From contig OX597826.1 of the NCBI GenBank assembly GCA_951406725.2, positions 61,380,001 to 61,444,000 on the forward strand: a stretch of DNA of 64,000 nucleotides, in the 5' to 3' direction. This DNA comes from Octopus vulgaris (lineage: Eukaryota). Positions 13,640 to 26,466 of the stretch are shown one piece after another (the first letter of the stretch is position 1; each line of letters begins with the position of its first letter). The notes under the pieces are model-generated. The model was not told the DNA's origin. It saw only the letters and a list, made by a program, of their open reading frames with translations, and did no database searches. The position numbers were made by a program, and so were the translations under genes.

Positions 13640-14054
13640 GGATCTTTTCGGTTTGAAGGGCAGTTTTTTCTAGCGGTGTCATATGAAATTGTCACCCATA
13701 ATTATGACCCTAGTATCGATCTATTGCATTTCAATCTGTTTTAGGGTTAGGGGTGGGGGGAAGGGTATCTTTTTTTCTTCAGAAATATAAATAAACCCTA
13801 TCTGTTTCTTAAACGAGGGACATATTCATACGGCACAGAATGTTTTCATCTCAATAGACGTCATCGATTGGTTGAAATTGCAGAAATTGAAGAAAAAAAA
13901 CAACAACAAATATCTTACAAACTATAGAATTTTCTCAATATAGCCAAGAGAAAAAGATGTTTTATAAACACATTCTACCAGTATACGAAGTTTAAAAGTG
14001 TTTAGTTACGTGGAAATTATTAAAAAAAAACTGCCGTTCAAACCGAAAAGATCC
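13640..14054. mobile_element. MITE with ~30-bp TIRs (GGATCTTTTCGGTTTGAA(G/C)GGCAGTTTTTT) and 8-bp TSD CAGTTCAG, Merlin-like; inserted in a degenerate RTE fragment (~13190-14170)
   Basis: TSD at 13632-13639 and 14055-14062; GG termini; internal TTAGGGTTAGGG. Confidence 0.88.
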
Positions 14055-14534
14055 CAGTTCAGATATAAGCGTTTATATTGAAATGACAATTTAGAATACT
14101 TCAGATTTGGACAGTACACCGATCTCATGCTTCAAAGCTTAACTAGTCCCATATATCCTGCTTAAGGATGAATCACGTTGCTTATGAGAATAGCGATGAT
14201 GATTTTTATTGTTTAGTCCCTTGGTAAGTTGTATGATCGAAAGTGTAACAACCGTGGCCACCCTGTCTATAGTTTAGACGTATGAGCTATATACTATCCA
14301 ACATGTATTTCTTTTTCAAGACGCTAGTAAAATCACCGCAACCCTTGTAAACACTTGGACAAGTCTGTAGTGTAAAGGGAGGCCACTCCATATTTTAATC
14401 TCTCTTCCAACTGCAACTATCAACCATTTTTCATTCACCAGGATTGAGAGAGCCAGGAAAACGTTATAAGCGCTGCCCTTCTTCGATTAAATACACTACG
14501 TGAACAACACTGTGTTGTTTTTCTCTGCTGTCGG

Positions 14535-15017
14535 GTGCCATCTTGCTCAGAACATTGACCTCCTGGAATCTGTCCAGAGACGTGCAACCAAACGCATACG
14601 CTCCATCAGACACCTACCATATTCTGAGCGCCTTGTTTCCCTGGGCATGGATTCACTGAAGCTCCGGCGTCTGGCGACGGACTTGGTAAACACCCACAAA
14701 GTTATCAACCACCTCACCAACAACAACACTGAACACCTTTTTGATCTCCATGTGTCTAACACACGTGGACATGCCTACAAAGTTAGAAAACAACACAGCT
14801 CCCATGACTTTCGGAAACATTTTTTCACGCTCAGAGTTGCTGAAGCATGGAATAAACTGCCTGCGTCAGTTGTTGACTGTCACGACACTGCATCCTTTAA
14901 GGCCCTCATGCTTTCCGAAATCCACCGAAACTACACCTGATTATATATACACTTTAGATGAGTTGTAGTGCACCCGAGCACTGTACACAATATTTTATTA
15001 TTATTATTATTATTATA

Positions 15018-15066
<49 letters not shown>
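14535..15066 (+). mobile_element. CR1-type LINE 3' fragment with (ATT)n tail
   Basis: LESVQRRATK, YSERL, TRGHAYK, RKHFFTLRVAEAWNKLP; stop at 14940, then UTR and ATT repeats. Confidence 0.88.
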
Positions 15067-15068
<2 letters not shown>

Positions 15069-15395
15069 CCGTTTTGATGCAAGCGGTCACCGATCTCCAT
15101 GTCAACATCTGAAGATCCGTGATTTTTCTTCGGAAGGATAGGATACTGCTGTAGATTTTCAGGCGGAATTCAGGTTGAAGCGCCCCATAGGCGATCTTTC
15201 GATACTAGTAACGAAAGATCGCCGTATACTCCATATAATACCTGCTTGCATTTTTATTTCTAGGAATCTTCAGAACATTTTTCACGTATTTGTGTTCCAC
15301 ACACAGGGAATTTATACGATTATGCCCCCCAAAAAAAAAAAAAAAATTTTGTGTGATTTAATGACTATTTACCTGTTATTTTTAACACATCTCAC

Positions 15396-16664
15396 GGATC
15401 TTTTCCTTTTGAACGGCAGTTTTCAACACAATTTCTAGTTAACTAAACACTTTTAAACTTCGTATACTGGTAGAATGTGTCAAAATAAAACCTTTTTTTA
15501 CTCTTGGCTTTCTTGAGAAAATTGTAATTTGTAAGTTTAACGTAGTTTAATTTTTCGAATTTTAACCAATCGATGGCCTCTATTTAGTTAAAATCATTTG
15601 CTGCGTCTAAAACTGAGACAACATCCTGTCGCTGACCCTAACCTAACCCTAACCCTAATCCTAACCCCAACCCTAACACTAACCCTAACCCTAATCCTAA
15701 CCCCAACCCTAACACTAACCCTAACCCTAATCCTAAATCATAGCCTTTCGTTTCTTTGGATCTTTTCTGTTTGATAGACGGAATTTTCTAACACATACAC
15801 GCACAAGCATACATACACGTTCGTGTTTTGCCACTTGCTGCAACAAATTTGCACAAAAGGTAAATAAACCAGAAGGGGTGGGGTCAATGTTTCATCGTTT
15901 CGGGGTCGATAAATTAAGTACCAATTACGCACTGGTGTCGATGATTTTTTTCCCAATTTATATCACAGCTTCTGATAAGCTGGGGGCATCCTTTTATGAA
16001 AAAATATTTCGCAAATTTTTACAATACTACTCACACTCCATGCGCAAACTCGAGACCAATTTAGGCATATTATTGTTCTGTTTTTGTTGTTTCTGGCCCT
16101 TCAAAACCATGGGAGAAGCCTTTTCGGTAAAAAAAAATAAAGAAAATATTCAAAAAATATCGTTAATATTTTTATTGGGTGACGAAATTCATCGATTTAA
16201 GAGATATAGCTGTTATTTCTAGCACATGTAGAAGACAGAAGAAGAGACAAGGATGAATAAGACGTGTGTGTGTGTGAGTTTTTAGACGCAGTAAATAATT
16301 TGAGCTCGAATGCTGCGATTTCATTGGTTAAAATTCGTAAAATTAAACTACGTTTAAGTTACGAATTACAATTTTGTTTTCAATTTTGTTTACAATAATG
16401 TTTTCTTTTGACACATTCTACCAGTATACGAAGTTTCAAATTGTTTAGTTTACTAGAAAATTCCGTCTATCAAACAGAAAAGATCCGTTACTTTTTTCTT
16501 AATTGTTAAATTAGATTTTTTCCTTTTCAACGGTAGTTTTCAGCACAATTTCTTGTTAACTAAACACTTTTAAACTTCGATACATTCTACCAGTATACAA
16601 AGTTTAAAAGTGTTTAGTTAACTAGAAATTGTGTTGAAAGCTGTCGTTCAAAAGGAAAAGATCC
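15396..16664. mobile_element. Nested cluster of Merlin-like MITEs: outer termini 15396/16664, inner element 15758-16486 (TSD GTT(T/A)CTTT), and a short hairpin element ~16512-16664
   Basis: GGATCTTTTC...GAAAAGATCC termini; inner TIR GGATCTTTTCTGTTTGATAGACGGAATTTTCTA is perfectly inverted; outer flanks do not give a clean TSD. Confidence 0.75.
15636..15736. repeat. Interstitial telomeric-type (CCCTAA)n array with variants
   Basis: About 17 hexamers CCCTAA/TCCTAA/CCCCAA/CACTAA. Confidence 0.92.
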
Positions 16665-17469
16665 CATATTTATATTTTTCAATATCCTTCTCCTCATTAA
16701 CGCATTTACTGATACATTGCTGTGAGTTAAGTAAAAAAAATTCGAACTACCTGCATTTTAAATTGATTAAAAAAAAAAATTTGAAAAATTAAAAAGAAAT
16801 TCTTTTGGAAATTCAAAAAAAAAAAAAAAATTGCTTCCTAATCGTAAGAATTCCTGTTTGTAGAACAGAAATGCTCAAAAATATTCAGAAAATTCCAACA
16901 AATAGAAAAAAGTTATGTGTGTTTATATGGGGTGCTTAAAGCAGAATTCTGCCAATTTTCATTGTATTCTGCTTGTTTATTTACCGTTTATTTGCTAGTT
17001 TCCAGCTCATCTGAGCTTTTCTTTAAGGCACTGAACAAGGTAACTGCTTCACATGGCATCGGTGAGTTGTAATTTAGCATTGCGGTCTACCATGGTATCC
17101 GTAGACTACGCTATGAAATGACCCGATCTGGTAGGAGTTTGGGTTAGGCAGTGGCTCTCAACCTTTTTTTTTTGCTTGTGAGCCTCTTTGGCTCATATTT
17201 TACTCAGATGGGTCCTTCTAGCCTTTCAATGGCTATATATATATATATATAACTTTTAATACTTTTGATATATATTTAAAATAATATATATTAAATAATT
17301 TTATGTATTGGCTTAAATTTTTCATTGTTTGATTTGCCTAATAGTGGTTTTATCTCTAATTTAATATAATATAATATTTTACTATAAAATTGGATTCAAT
17401 CCTAAATCTGATTTTTCCCTGTAAGTTTGGATTTATTCCCTAATATCTTATTATATATATATATATACA

Positions 17470-17895
17470 TATGTATATTTAGGGATAAACCACTAGGTGG
17501 ATAACCAATATGCTAGAAGCAGATCACATACGATCTAACTACAAAGAAAGAATGTTCTCCAGAGAAAATTCAGTGAACACCAGGACATAGGCGGGCAAGA
17601 CAGATGAAAATTATATAAAAATCAAGAATTAATCGTTTACCGGTTTCGTCTATTACTGAATAAATTACTTACATAATCCTTCATCTGCAGACTTGTTGAA
17701 TTTTCTCTGGAGAACATTTTTTCTTTGTAGTTAGATCGTATGTGATCTTCTTCTAGCATATTGGTTATCCACCTAATGGTTTATCCCTAAATATACGCAT
17801 GTATTGAAATTTTTTTTGATTTTTCAGATTTTTTTATATATGCTAGGCTACTGGTTTTAAATTGATATTCAATTTATCTCCCTCATTATTTAAAT
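17470..17895. mobile_element. Penelope-type non-autonomous relic with ~100-bp inverted repeat, flanked by (TA)n
   Basis: 17474-17570 is inverted at 17697-17795; the loop holds a degenerate hammerhead-like CAGATGA...GAAACCGGTA on the minus strand. Confidence 0.55.
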
Positions 17896-17907
17896 TTTAT
17901 ATATATA

Positions 17908-18310
17908 GGCGCAGGAGTGGCTGTGTGGTAAGTAGCTTGTTAACCAACCACATGGTTCTGGGTTCAGTCCCACTACGTTGCATCTTGGGCAAGTGTCTTC
18001 TGTTATAGCCCCGGGCCGACCAATGCCTTGTGAGTGGATTTGGTAGACGGAACTGAAAGAAGCCTGTCGTATATATGTATATATATATATGTGTATGTGT
18101 GTGTCTGTGTGTCTGTGTTTGTCCCCCTAGCATTGCTTGACAACCGATGCTGGTGTGTTTACGTCCCCGTCACTTAGCGGTTCGGCAAAAGAGACTGATA
18201 GACTAAGTACTGGGCTTACAAAGAATAAGTCCCGGGGTCGATTTGCTCGACTAAAGGCGGTGCTCCGGCATGGCCACAGTCAAATGACTGAAACAAGTAA
18301 AAACAAAAAA
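17908..18310 (+). mobile_element. SINE family B
   Basis: Full head-to-tail match. Confidence 0.88.
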
Positions 18311-18339
18311 GAAAGAAAGATATATATATATATATATAT

Positions 18340-18630
18340 CATCATCATCATCATCGTTTAACGTCCGTTCTCCGTGCTAGCATGGGTTGGACGGTTCGAC
18401 CGGGGATCTGGGAAGCCAGAGGCTGCACCAGGCTCCGGTCTTATCTGGCAATGTTTCTACAGCTGGATGCCCTTCCTAACGCCAACCACTCCGTGAGTGT
18501 AGTGGGTGCTTTTTACGTGCTACCTGCACTGGTGCCAGGCGAGGCTGGCATCGGCCACGGTCGGATTGGTGCATTTTACGTGCTACCTGCATGGAAGCCA
18601 GTCAAGGCGGCACTGGCTTCGGCCACGATT
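18340..18630 (-). mobile_element. RTE-tail-type non-autonomous retroposon with (GAT)n tail; second copy at 59500-59720
   Basis: GGACGTTAAACGATGATGATG 3' end; GAAGGGCATCCAGCTGTAGAAAC motif shared by both copies. Confidence 0.65.
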
Positions 18631-19199
18631 ATCATATATATATATATAAAATCCTACTGTATCTTTATAGCTAAACATTATAAGGAAATCTTTTTTTATA
18701 TCAGTCATTCAATTGCAGCCATATTGGGGCACTGCCTTGAAGAACTTTTTTTAGTCGAATAATTCGACTCTAGTACTTATTTTTAAAGCCTGGTACTTAT
18801 TCTATCGGGCTCTTTTACTGAACCGCTAAGTTACGGTTGTCAAGCGATGTTGAGGATAAACACACACATGACATTCTTCTTTCAGTTTCAGCTTCTGTCA
18901 CAAAATCCACTTTGGTCAGCCCGAGACTATAGTGAATGACACTTGTTAAAGGTGCCACACAGTGGGATTGGACCTGGAATCATGAGGTCGGAAAGTAAAC
19001 TTCTTACCACACAGCTATGCCTGCCCCTTGTATTATTTACATTTGACAGATATTTGTCCTCAACGTTGGAGAAATTTCGAACCTGGGTTTTCATTCCTAA
19101 GGTATTTTTCGATGTTATTATTGTTGTTCAGGCCACTGCCTGGAATCGAACTCAGAATCTTGGGGTTAGTAGCCCACACTCTTACCCACTACGTGGGCA

Positions 19200-20010
19200 A
19201 TTATGGAGTGAATTTTAGGGTTTATAAATCTAATATTTTCCTATCCTTCTTTAATATTGGTTCTCATATGCTATTCATATTTGCACTTGGTCTACTTTGT
19301 AGGTTATTATGTCCTAGCATTTGTGCTGCTTCTTACAGTTTTTGTATTTTCCAGTGGTGTTTTCTGTCTATTATTTTAACTTCATCCCACAGGGGAAGGT
19401 GGTCTCCGTTTTTCCATACATGATTAACTATACCCGATTCATCACTAACTCCCCATGTCACAGCTTTATGATGTTCCTCTACCCTTATTTTGAGAGGGCA
19501 GCATGTTTCACCTTTGTATAACCTACCACAGCTGCATGGGATGGAGTACACACAGTCTTTGGTCATATTCTCTTCTAAATGTGGTTTTACTCAAAGGAGA
19601 TATTTGCGAAGTGTTCTTTTACTCTTGAATACTGTACTGATGTTATATGGGCAGCATATATTTTGTATCTTTTCGGAGAGGTCTTTCACATAAAGTAGAC
19701 AGACTGTCATCAGTTTATGGGTTTCATTCTCTATGTTCTTCATAACTGGAGTAGATAGTATGCTTTTTGGGGTAGCTTGATCATTTCTTCAAGGTATGTA
19801 TCAGGGTCACTACTTATATTATTTGCTCGATGTTTTAGGCATTGAGCAATCCATCTTTTTACACTGTATGGATGGGGGAAATTGAAGTTGAGGTATCGTC
19901 GAATGAAGGTTGGCTTGCGGTATACGGATGCCCTGGATCCATACTTGGTGCATGTTATTAGTACATCCAGGAATGCTAGCTTATTGTCTTTTTCCTTTTC
20001 CATTGTGAAC
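19200..20010 (-). mobile_element. Penelope-like element: RT C-terminus plus GIY-YIG endonuclease, degenerate
   Basis: MEKEKDNKLAFLDVLI...VYRKPT..RYLNFNFPHP; CVYSIPCSCGRLYKGET..LKIRVEEH. Confidence 0.9.
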
Positions 20011-20081
20011 AGTATTTCGAGTGGTTAAGAGCGTGGGCTACTAGCCTCAAGATTCTGAGTTCAATTCTAGGCAGTGACCTG

Positions 20082-21330
20082 CTTGACAGAAAAATACGAA
20101 AACTATTGATAATTCATAGAATGCACCACCTTAAGGCAGATATAGAACGACTTTATCTGCCAAGAAAAGAGGGAGTCCATGGACTTTTACAACTTGCATT
20201 AACAATGAAGCAAACAAGAAAGCATCCTACTCAATAACAAAACAGGCAAAGGGATATCTAAGTGAATTCCAAATACAACAAATTCCGGAATTAGACGTAC
20301 TAGAAACAAGCACAGACAAAGCTAAGCGTATGAAAACAAATGCTAAAATTGCTGCCTTAGATATTCTGACTGATAGATGGCAAGAAAAACCTCTCAATGG
20401 CAAATACCCAAAGAAAGCGAATAATGCCGATGTTGACAAAGCCCATACCCATCAATAGCTAATGGCTTCTAGCTTAAAATCAGAAATAGAAGGGTTTATC
20501 ATAGCAGACCAAGATCGATGCCAACCTACAAGGAACTACCAGGCCAACATATTAAAGAACGGCAGCTCCCCAATATGTTGTGTATGTCAACAACAAAATG
20601 AGACCATTGATCATGTTGTTTCCATGTGCATTTTTCTTGCACCTACAGAGTTTCTCAACAGGCATGATATATCTGCACAATATATTCACTGGGTAATTTG
20701 CAGAAATCTAGACTTGCCCCATGATAAAAACTGGTGGGAACACAAACCACCCCCAGTGCTTGAAAAAAAATCACGTCTCACTTCTCTGAAACTTCATTCA
20801 AATTGACAGAAAGTTAGATGCAAATAGGCCAGACATCATATTGAAAGGCTTCAAACAAAAATCATGCTTTCTCATTGATATGACTGTCTCAATTGATATA
20901 AACGTATCTGTCAAGACCTACCAAAAACTGAGCAAATATAAAGATCTTGAAATAGAAATTGGCAAAATGTGGAACCTCAAGATTAAAATAATACCTGTTG
21001 TCATAGGTGTCCTAGGAATGATAGTAAAAAGGCTGATGCTACCTAACTCAGATACCAGGAAACCCCCAAAATAGCAGAAATTCAAAAGATAGTGCTCATG
21101 GGAACTGCCCATATCTTACATAAAATATTGTCTATGTAATCTCAAATTTTAAAACAAACTTAGAATTTTCTTGTTTTCTTACATATTCCCTAGAAGAATA
21201 CTATGTGCAAAACCAAATATATGACACTCTAGGCATAACACCAGCATGGACTTCTAACTTGTTGTCTCTTGAGGTCTCTGGAGTCAACTTGTACAAATAC
21301 AAAACAAATGTCAAACATATAATAATAATA
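20082..21330 (+). mobile_element. R4/Dong-type non-LTR retrotransposon 3' portion (CCHC knuckle plus restriction-like endonuclease), degenerate
   Basis: LYLPRKEG, EGFIIADQD, CCVCQQQNETIDHVVSMC, RHD, RPDII, KLSKYKDL, IPVVIGVLG; 3'UTR ends in AAT repeats; 3'UTR duplicated at 21331-21535. Confidence 0.88.
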
Positions 21331-21549
21331 TGTAATCTCAAGTTTTAAAACAAACATAATTTTCGTTTTTTTTTTAGACATTCACTAGTACAACACTAAA
21401 TGCAAAACCAAATATATGGCACACTAGGCATAACAACAACACGAACTTCCAAACTGTTGTCTCTTGAGGTCTCTGGGTGAGACTTGGACAAATATAAAAC
21501 AAAAGTCAAACATAAAATAATAATAATAATAATAACATGTGCAACTCAA

Positions 21550-22165
21550 AACAAGCAAGCACTCATATGTGCAGCTCAGGAACAAGCATTAAGGACCAAT
21601 TATATGAAGTGCAGAATTGACAACACTACAGATAGCAACAAATGCAGAATGTTTGATGAGAGGGGGGAAACGGTATGGCACATCATTTGTGAATGCCCTA
21701 AATTGGCATAACATGAATATAAATGACGCCATGACAATGTGGCAAGAATAATCCATTGAGAGTTCTGTGGAAATCAAGGCCTACAAAGAGCAAAGACGTG
21801 ATATGAACAAACCCCAGAAGGAGTCACCGAAAATGAGAATTGCAGTGTGATCACCTGACCAGGCACAGGAAACCAGACATTGTTGTGGTGAACAAAAACG
21901 AAAGAACATGTATCGACATTGCATGCCCCGGTGATAGGATCAATGTGAAAGAGGCAGAAAAAAATAAACAACTATGATGATTTAAAGTGGGAAATAAGAA
22001 GGTTGTGGTCAATGAAGAGAGTAGACGTGATACCAATAGTAATTGGTGCACTTGGAAGTATCAGCACTCAACTACCAACATTGCTAAAAAAAGATCAGTG
22101 CAAGTGTGAAGGTAGAACACCTATAAAAATCAGCATTGCTCGGAACTGCAAGAATTCTTCACAGG
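21550..22165 (+). mobile_element. Second, distinct R4/Dong-type fragment
   Basis: ALICAAQEQALRTNY..KCRM..ETVWHIICEC, RHDNVAR, KPDIVVV, VIPIVIGALG; several stops. Confidence 0.85.
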
Positions 22166-22540
22166 GTTATTCTTCACATACAGGGAGTATGGAGTTATTC
22201 TTTTCATCACCGATTCAACCAAATTTTCTCAGGACCAGGACGATGGTAGATGTCAAAGGCTCTAGTTATGGGTCAAATAGCAATAGATTATCCCATCACT
22301 AAGGTACTTTAGCATGCAGTCAGTCTGGCCGTTTACATTTTTAGCAGGAAGTCTGACTCTTTCAAAATTCCTATTTTGTTTTACACACATGAATTTGTGT
22401 AGGTTGAACTGTGTAAAATATTAGAGAAAGAAACCTAGTTGTTGATCCTGTTTCTTGCATTCAACTCTGTCCTGAGTATTGTCCTTACCCAGCAATAACA
22501 TTCTCTTCTGTTCCTTTCCCTCATCATTACATGTTTGATC

Positions 22541-22770
22541 CTCCTCCTCCTCCTCCTCCTCTAACTCCTCCTCCTCCTCTCACTCCTCCTCCTCTCACTC
22601 CTCCTCCTCTCACTCCTCCTCCTCTCACTCCTCCTCCTCTCACTCCTCCTCCTCTCACTCCTCCTCCTCTCACTCCTCCTCCTCTCACCCCTCCTCCTCT
22701 TCCTCCTCCTCTCACCTCTCCTCCTCCTCTCACCCCCTCCTCCTCCTCCTCCTCTCACCCCCCTCCTCTT
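22541..22770. repeat. 15-bp pyrimidine minisatellite (CCTCCTCCTCTCACT)n
   Basis: Direct inspection; source of the LTPPP/GGGVR ORFs. Confidence 0.92.
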
Positions 22771-23090
22771 CTTCATTTTTGCTAGCTGAGTGGATATAAA
22801 CAACATGAAATAAAGCGTCTTGCTCAAGGATACAACACACCGCCAGGAATTGAACTCGTGATCGTGGGCCAAATACCCTAACCACTAAGCCATGCACCTT
22901 CACAGTGCCATAAATGAAATGAAAGAAGCGACAATCAAGAACTTATAGCGAACTGCTGAAACTTAACTAAAGAAAAGTTTACAGATGTAAAATACAGTGG
23001 AAGTGAAAGTCACCCAGATTTCTGGTTTTCTTTTTTTTTTATGGTTTTCAGGAGACAGTCTAGAAAATCCTTGAAATATAAAATAAACTA

Positions 23091-23255
23091 GGCGTAGGAG
23101 TGGCTGTGTGGTAAGTAGCTTGTTTACCAACCACATGGTTCCGGGTTCAGTCCCACTGCAGGGCACCTTGGGCAAGTGTCTTCTACTATAGCCTCGGGCC
23201 GACCAAAGCCTCGTGAGTGGATTTGGCAGACGGAAACTGAAAGAAGCCTGTCGTA

Positions 23256-23297
<42 letters not shown>

Positions 23298-23505
23298 TGT
23301 GTTTGTCCCCCTAGCATTGCTTGACAACCGATGCTGGTGTGTTTATGTCCCCGTTACTTAGCGGTTCGGCAAAAGAGACCAATAGAATAAGTACTGGGCT
23401 TACAAAAGAATAAGTCCCGGGGTCGAGTTGCTCGATTAAAAAAGGTGGTGCTCCAGCATGGCCGCAGTCAAATGACTGAAACAAGTAAAAGAGTAAAAGA
23501 GAGAG
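23091..23505 (+). mobile_element. SINE family B
   Basis: Full head-to-tail match. Confidence 0.88.
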
Positions 23506-23960
23506 AGTATTTAAAGTAAAGAACTAAATTGTATTTAATAGATTTAAATTTATACACTTCTAAAGTAGGGTGTGTCTGATATCTATTTATCCATTTAAAA
23601 TTCTTAAAATATATCATACCATACCATGTATAAGTATAATGTGTATTGGATAATACAAAGCTAAGAAAAGAAATGACATAATTTTGTTTAACTCACACAT
23701 ACGTACAAATTATTGCAGGGTATGTTTAATCTTTATTGAGCCATTTAAAAATATAAACAATAAAACTGCTTTTAATATGGCAGTATGCAAAATTAATCAC
23801 TTTTTAAATTTATTTTTTAAAGTGTCTGTTTACTTAATATTGTATATTGCATGATATTGCAAGCTTTTCCATATTAAAGGACCAGATTTAATAATAATAA
23901 TAACAACAACAACAACAACAACAACAACAACCAACAAACAACAACAACAACAACAACAAC

Positions 23961-23996
<36 letters not shown>

Positions 23997-24030
23997 TATA
24001 ATAATAATAATGATGATGATGATGATGATG

Positions 24031-24064
<34 letters not shown>

Positions 24065-24366
24065 TAATAATAAAGAGATCGAAGGGAGGTAACTAGATTT
24101 TAACTGCAATATTTAGTTGTTAAATGTTCAATAAACAAGGGGGGATGATTTTTCATGAAAGAGTTGTCGGAAACGGGTGGAAAAATATAGCTGACGACAA
24201 AACCTCTAGGTGGTCTATCAACATGCTAGAAATAGCAGTCAAATCATCAAATTACACATTAAACTGTCCATAAAATGCATCAGATTAAACACGATACTCA
24301 CAGACGGTAGAATTTCCGTTATAGATATTCCAGCTCATAAAAACGTGTGTATGTACGTGTGTAGTA

Positions 24367-24439
<73 letters not shown>

Positions 24440-25026
24440 GTGTGTGTGTGTGTGTGTGAGTGTGTAGGTGAACGTAGGTGTATGTATGTGAGTGTATATG
24501 CGTATGCATGTGTGTGTGTGTATGTATATAAATGTATGTTCGCTTCCAAACTGTATTTTTCCATCTGCAAGGGAAATAACAAGTCGATTCTTGGTCATGA
24601 GTTATTCCTCTTGGATATTTTATTTATTTATATATCTTTTTCTTTTCCAACTTATCATTTACATGCCGTACTGAGGCACCGCCTTAAAGAATTTACTGGT
24701 GAACGAATCGACCTCAGTACTTCCTTCCTTTTGTTCTTATTCTATCGGAAACTTTTGCCGAACCGCTTGCTTACGAGGACTTAAACACAACGCTGGTTGT
24801 CAAGTGATGACAGGAGCCAAACACAGACACGAAGTTACACACACGTACATACATAAATACACACACACACACACACATTTTATGATTAATTAATAATTAT
24901 AATTGAGGGTACACGAGGCACCAGTGTCGCTATAAACAAGAGTCGAAAAATACTCTAATAAACCATCATTTCACTGAAAGCGCAACAGGCCGACGGAAAT
25001 CGCGGGACGAGCAGAGAAATTTACTT

Positions 25027-25806
25027 ACCTATTTCTTTACTACCCACAAGCGGTTAAACATAAAGGGGACAAACAAGGACAGACACAGGTATTAAGTCGA
25101 TTATATCGACCCAGTGCGTAACTGGTACTTAATTTATCGACCCCGAAAGGATGAAAGGTAAAGTCGACCTCGATGGAATTTGAACTCACAACGTAAACAG
25201 CAGAAGAAATACCTATTTCTTTATTACCCACAAGGGGCTAAACACAGAGGAGACAAAGAAGGACAGACACAGGTATTAAGTCGATTACATCGACTCCAGT
25301 GCGTAACTGGTACTTTATTTATCGACCCCGAAAAGATGAAAGGTAAAGTCGACCTCGACGGAATTTGAACTCACAACGTAACGGCAGAAGAAATACCTAT
25401 TTCTTTATTACCCACAAGGGGCTAAACACAGAGGGGACAAACAAGGACAGACATAGGTATTAAGTCGATTACATCGACCCAGTGCGTAACTGGTACTTTA
25501 TTTATCGACCCCGAAAAGATGAAAGGTAAAGTCGACCTCGACGGAATTTGAACTCACAACGTAACGGCAGAAGAAATACCTATTTCTTTATTATCCACAA
25601 GGGGCTAAACACAGAGGGGACAAACAAGGACAGACATAGGTATTAAGTCGATTATATCGACCCTAGTGCGTAACTGGTACTTTATTTATCGACCCCGACA
25701 GGATGAAAGGTAAAGTCGACCTCGGCGGAATTTGAACTCACAACGTAACGGCAGAAGTAATACCGCTCAGCATTCGCCCGACGTGCTAACGTTTCTGCCA
25801 GCTCGA
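25027..25806 (-). repeat. Tandem array of SINE A: one head plus four ~183-bp bodies
   Basis: Units start near 25027, 25211, 25395 and 25577 with junction AGAAATACCTATTTC; flanked by AATTTAC on both sides. Confidence 0.9.
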
Positions 25807-26047
25807 ATTTACCGTCGCGGCTGATTGTCGCAAATGAGGTTGTAGACAATCCTGTATTATATGATTTCGAGCTTTGAGATGATTCTCTTATTTCCCATCA
25901 GCAACGCTCGCTGTTTACCTAGGGCTAGAATTTTTATTCGCTTCATCATGCATGTTGATCGTTGAAAGGCCAGCCGCAAATTCAAAACAATGCCAGTGTA
26001 TAATTTTACATAAATAACTAAACATAGATACACTAATAATAACGATG

Positions 26048-26106
<59 letters not shown>

Positions 26107-26376
26107 TTTTCTTCTTTCTTCAAATTTTCTTCCGTTTCTCGCCGAGTGTTTTCCTAGGTGTACGGAAAACAATCGGCGAGAAACGGAAGGAAATTTGAAG
26201 AAAGAAGGATAATAATAATAATAACAATAATAATTTAACTTTAAAAAAAAAAAAAATGAACGAACTACTGAGTTTGGTTTAATGGCCTACCAATATACAC
26301 TATGAGTTTCTTTGCCCTAGGAGTCGGGAAGACACTCGGCAAGAAATGGAAGAAAATTTGAAAGAAGAAAAAAAAA

Positions 26377-26407
<31 letters not shown>

Positions 26408-26418
26408 ATAACAATAAC

Positions 26419-26466
<48 letters not shown>

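Noticed and set aside
15636-15736. True chromosome end
   Set aside because: Short, degenerate, internal to a MITE cluster, with sequence continuing on both sides
22527-22872. Extensin-like LTPPP or GGGVR protein
   Set aside because: 15-bp minisatellite with no splice or signal context
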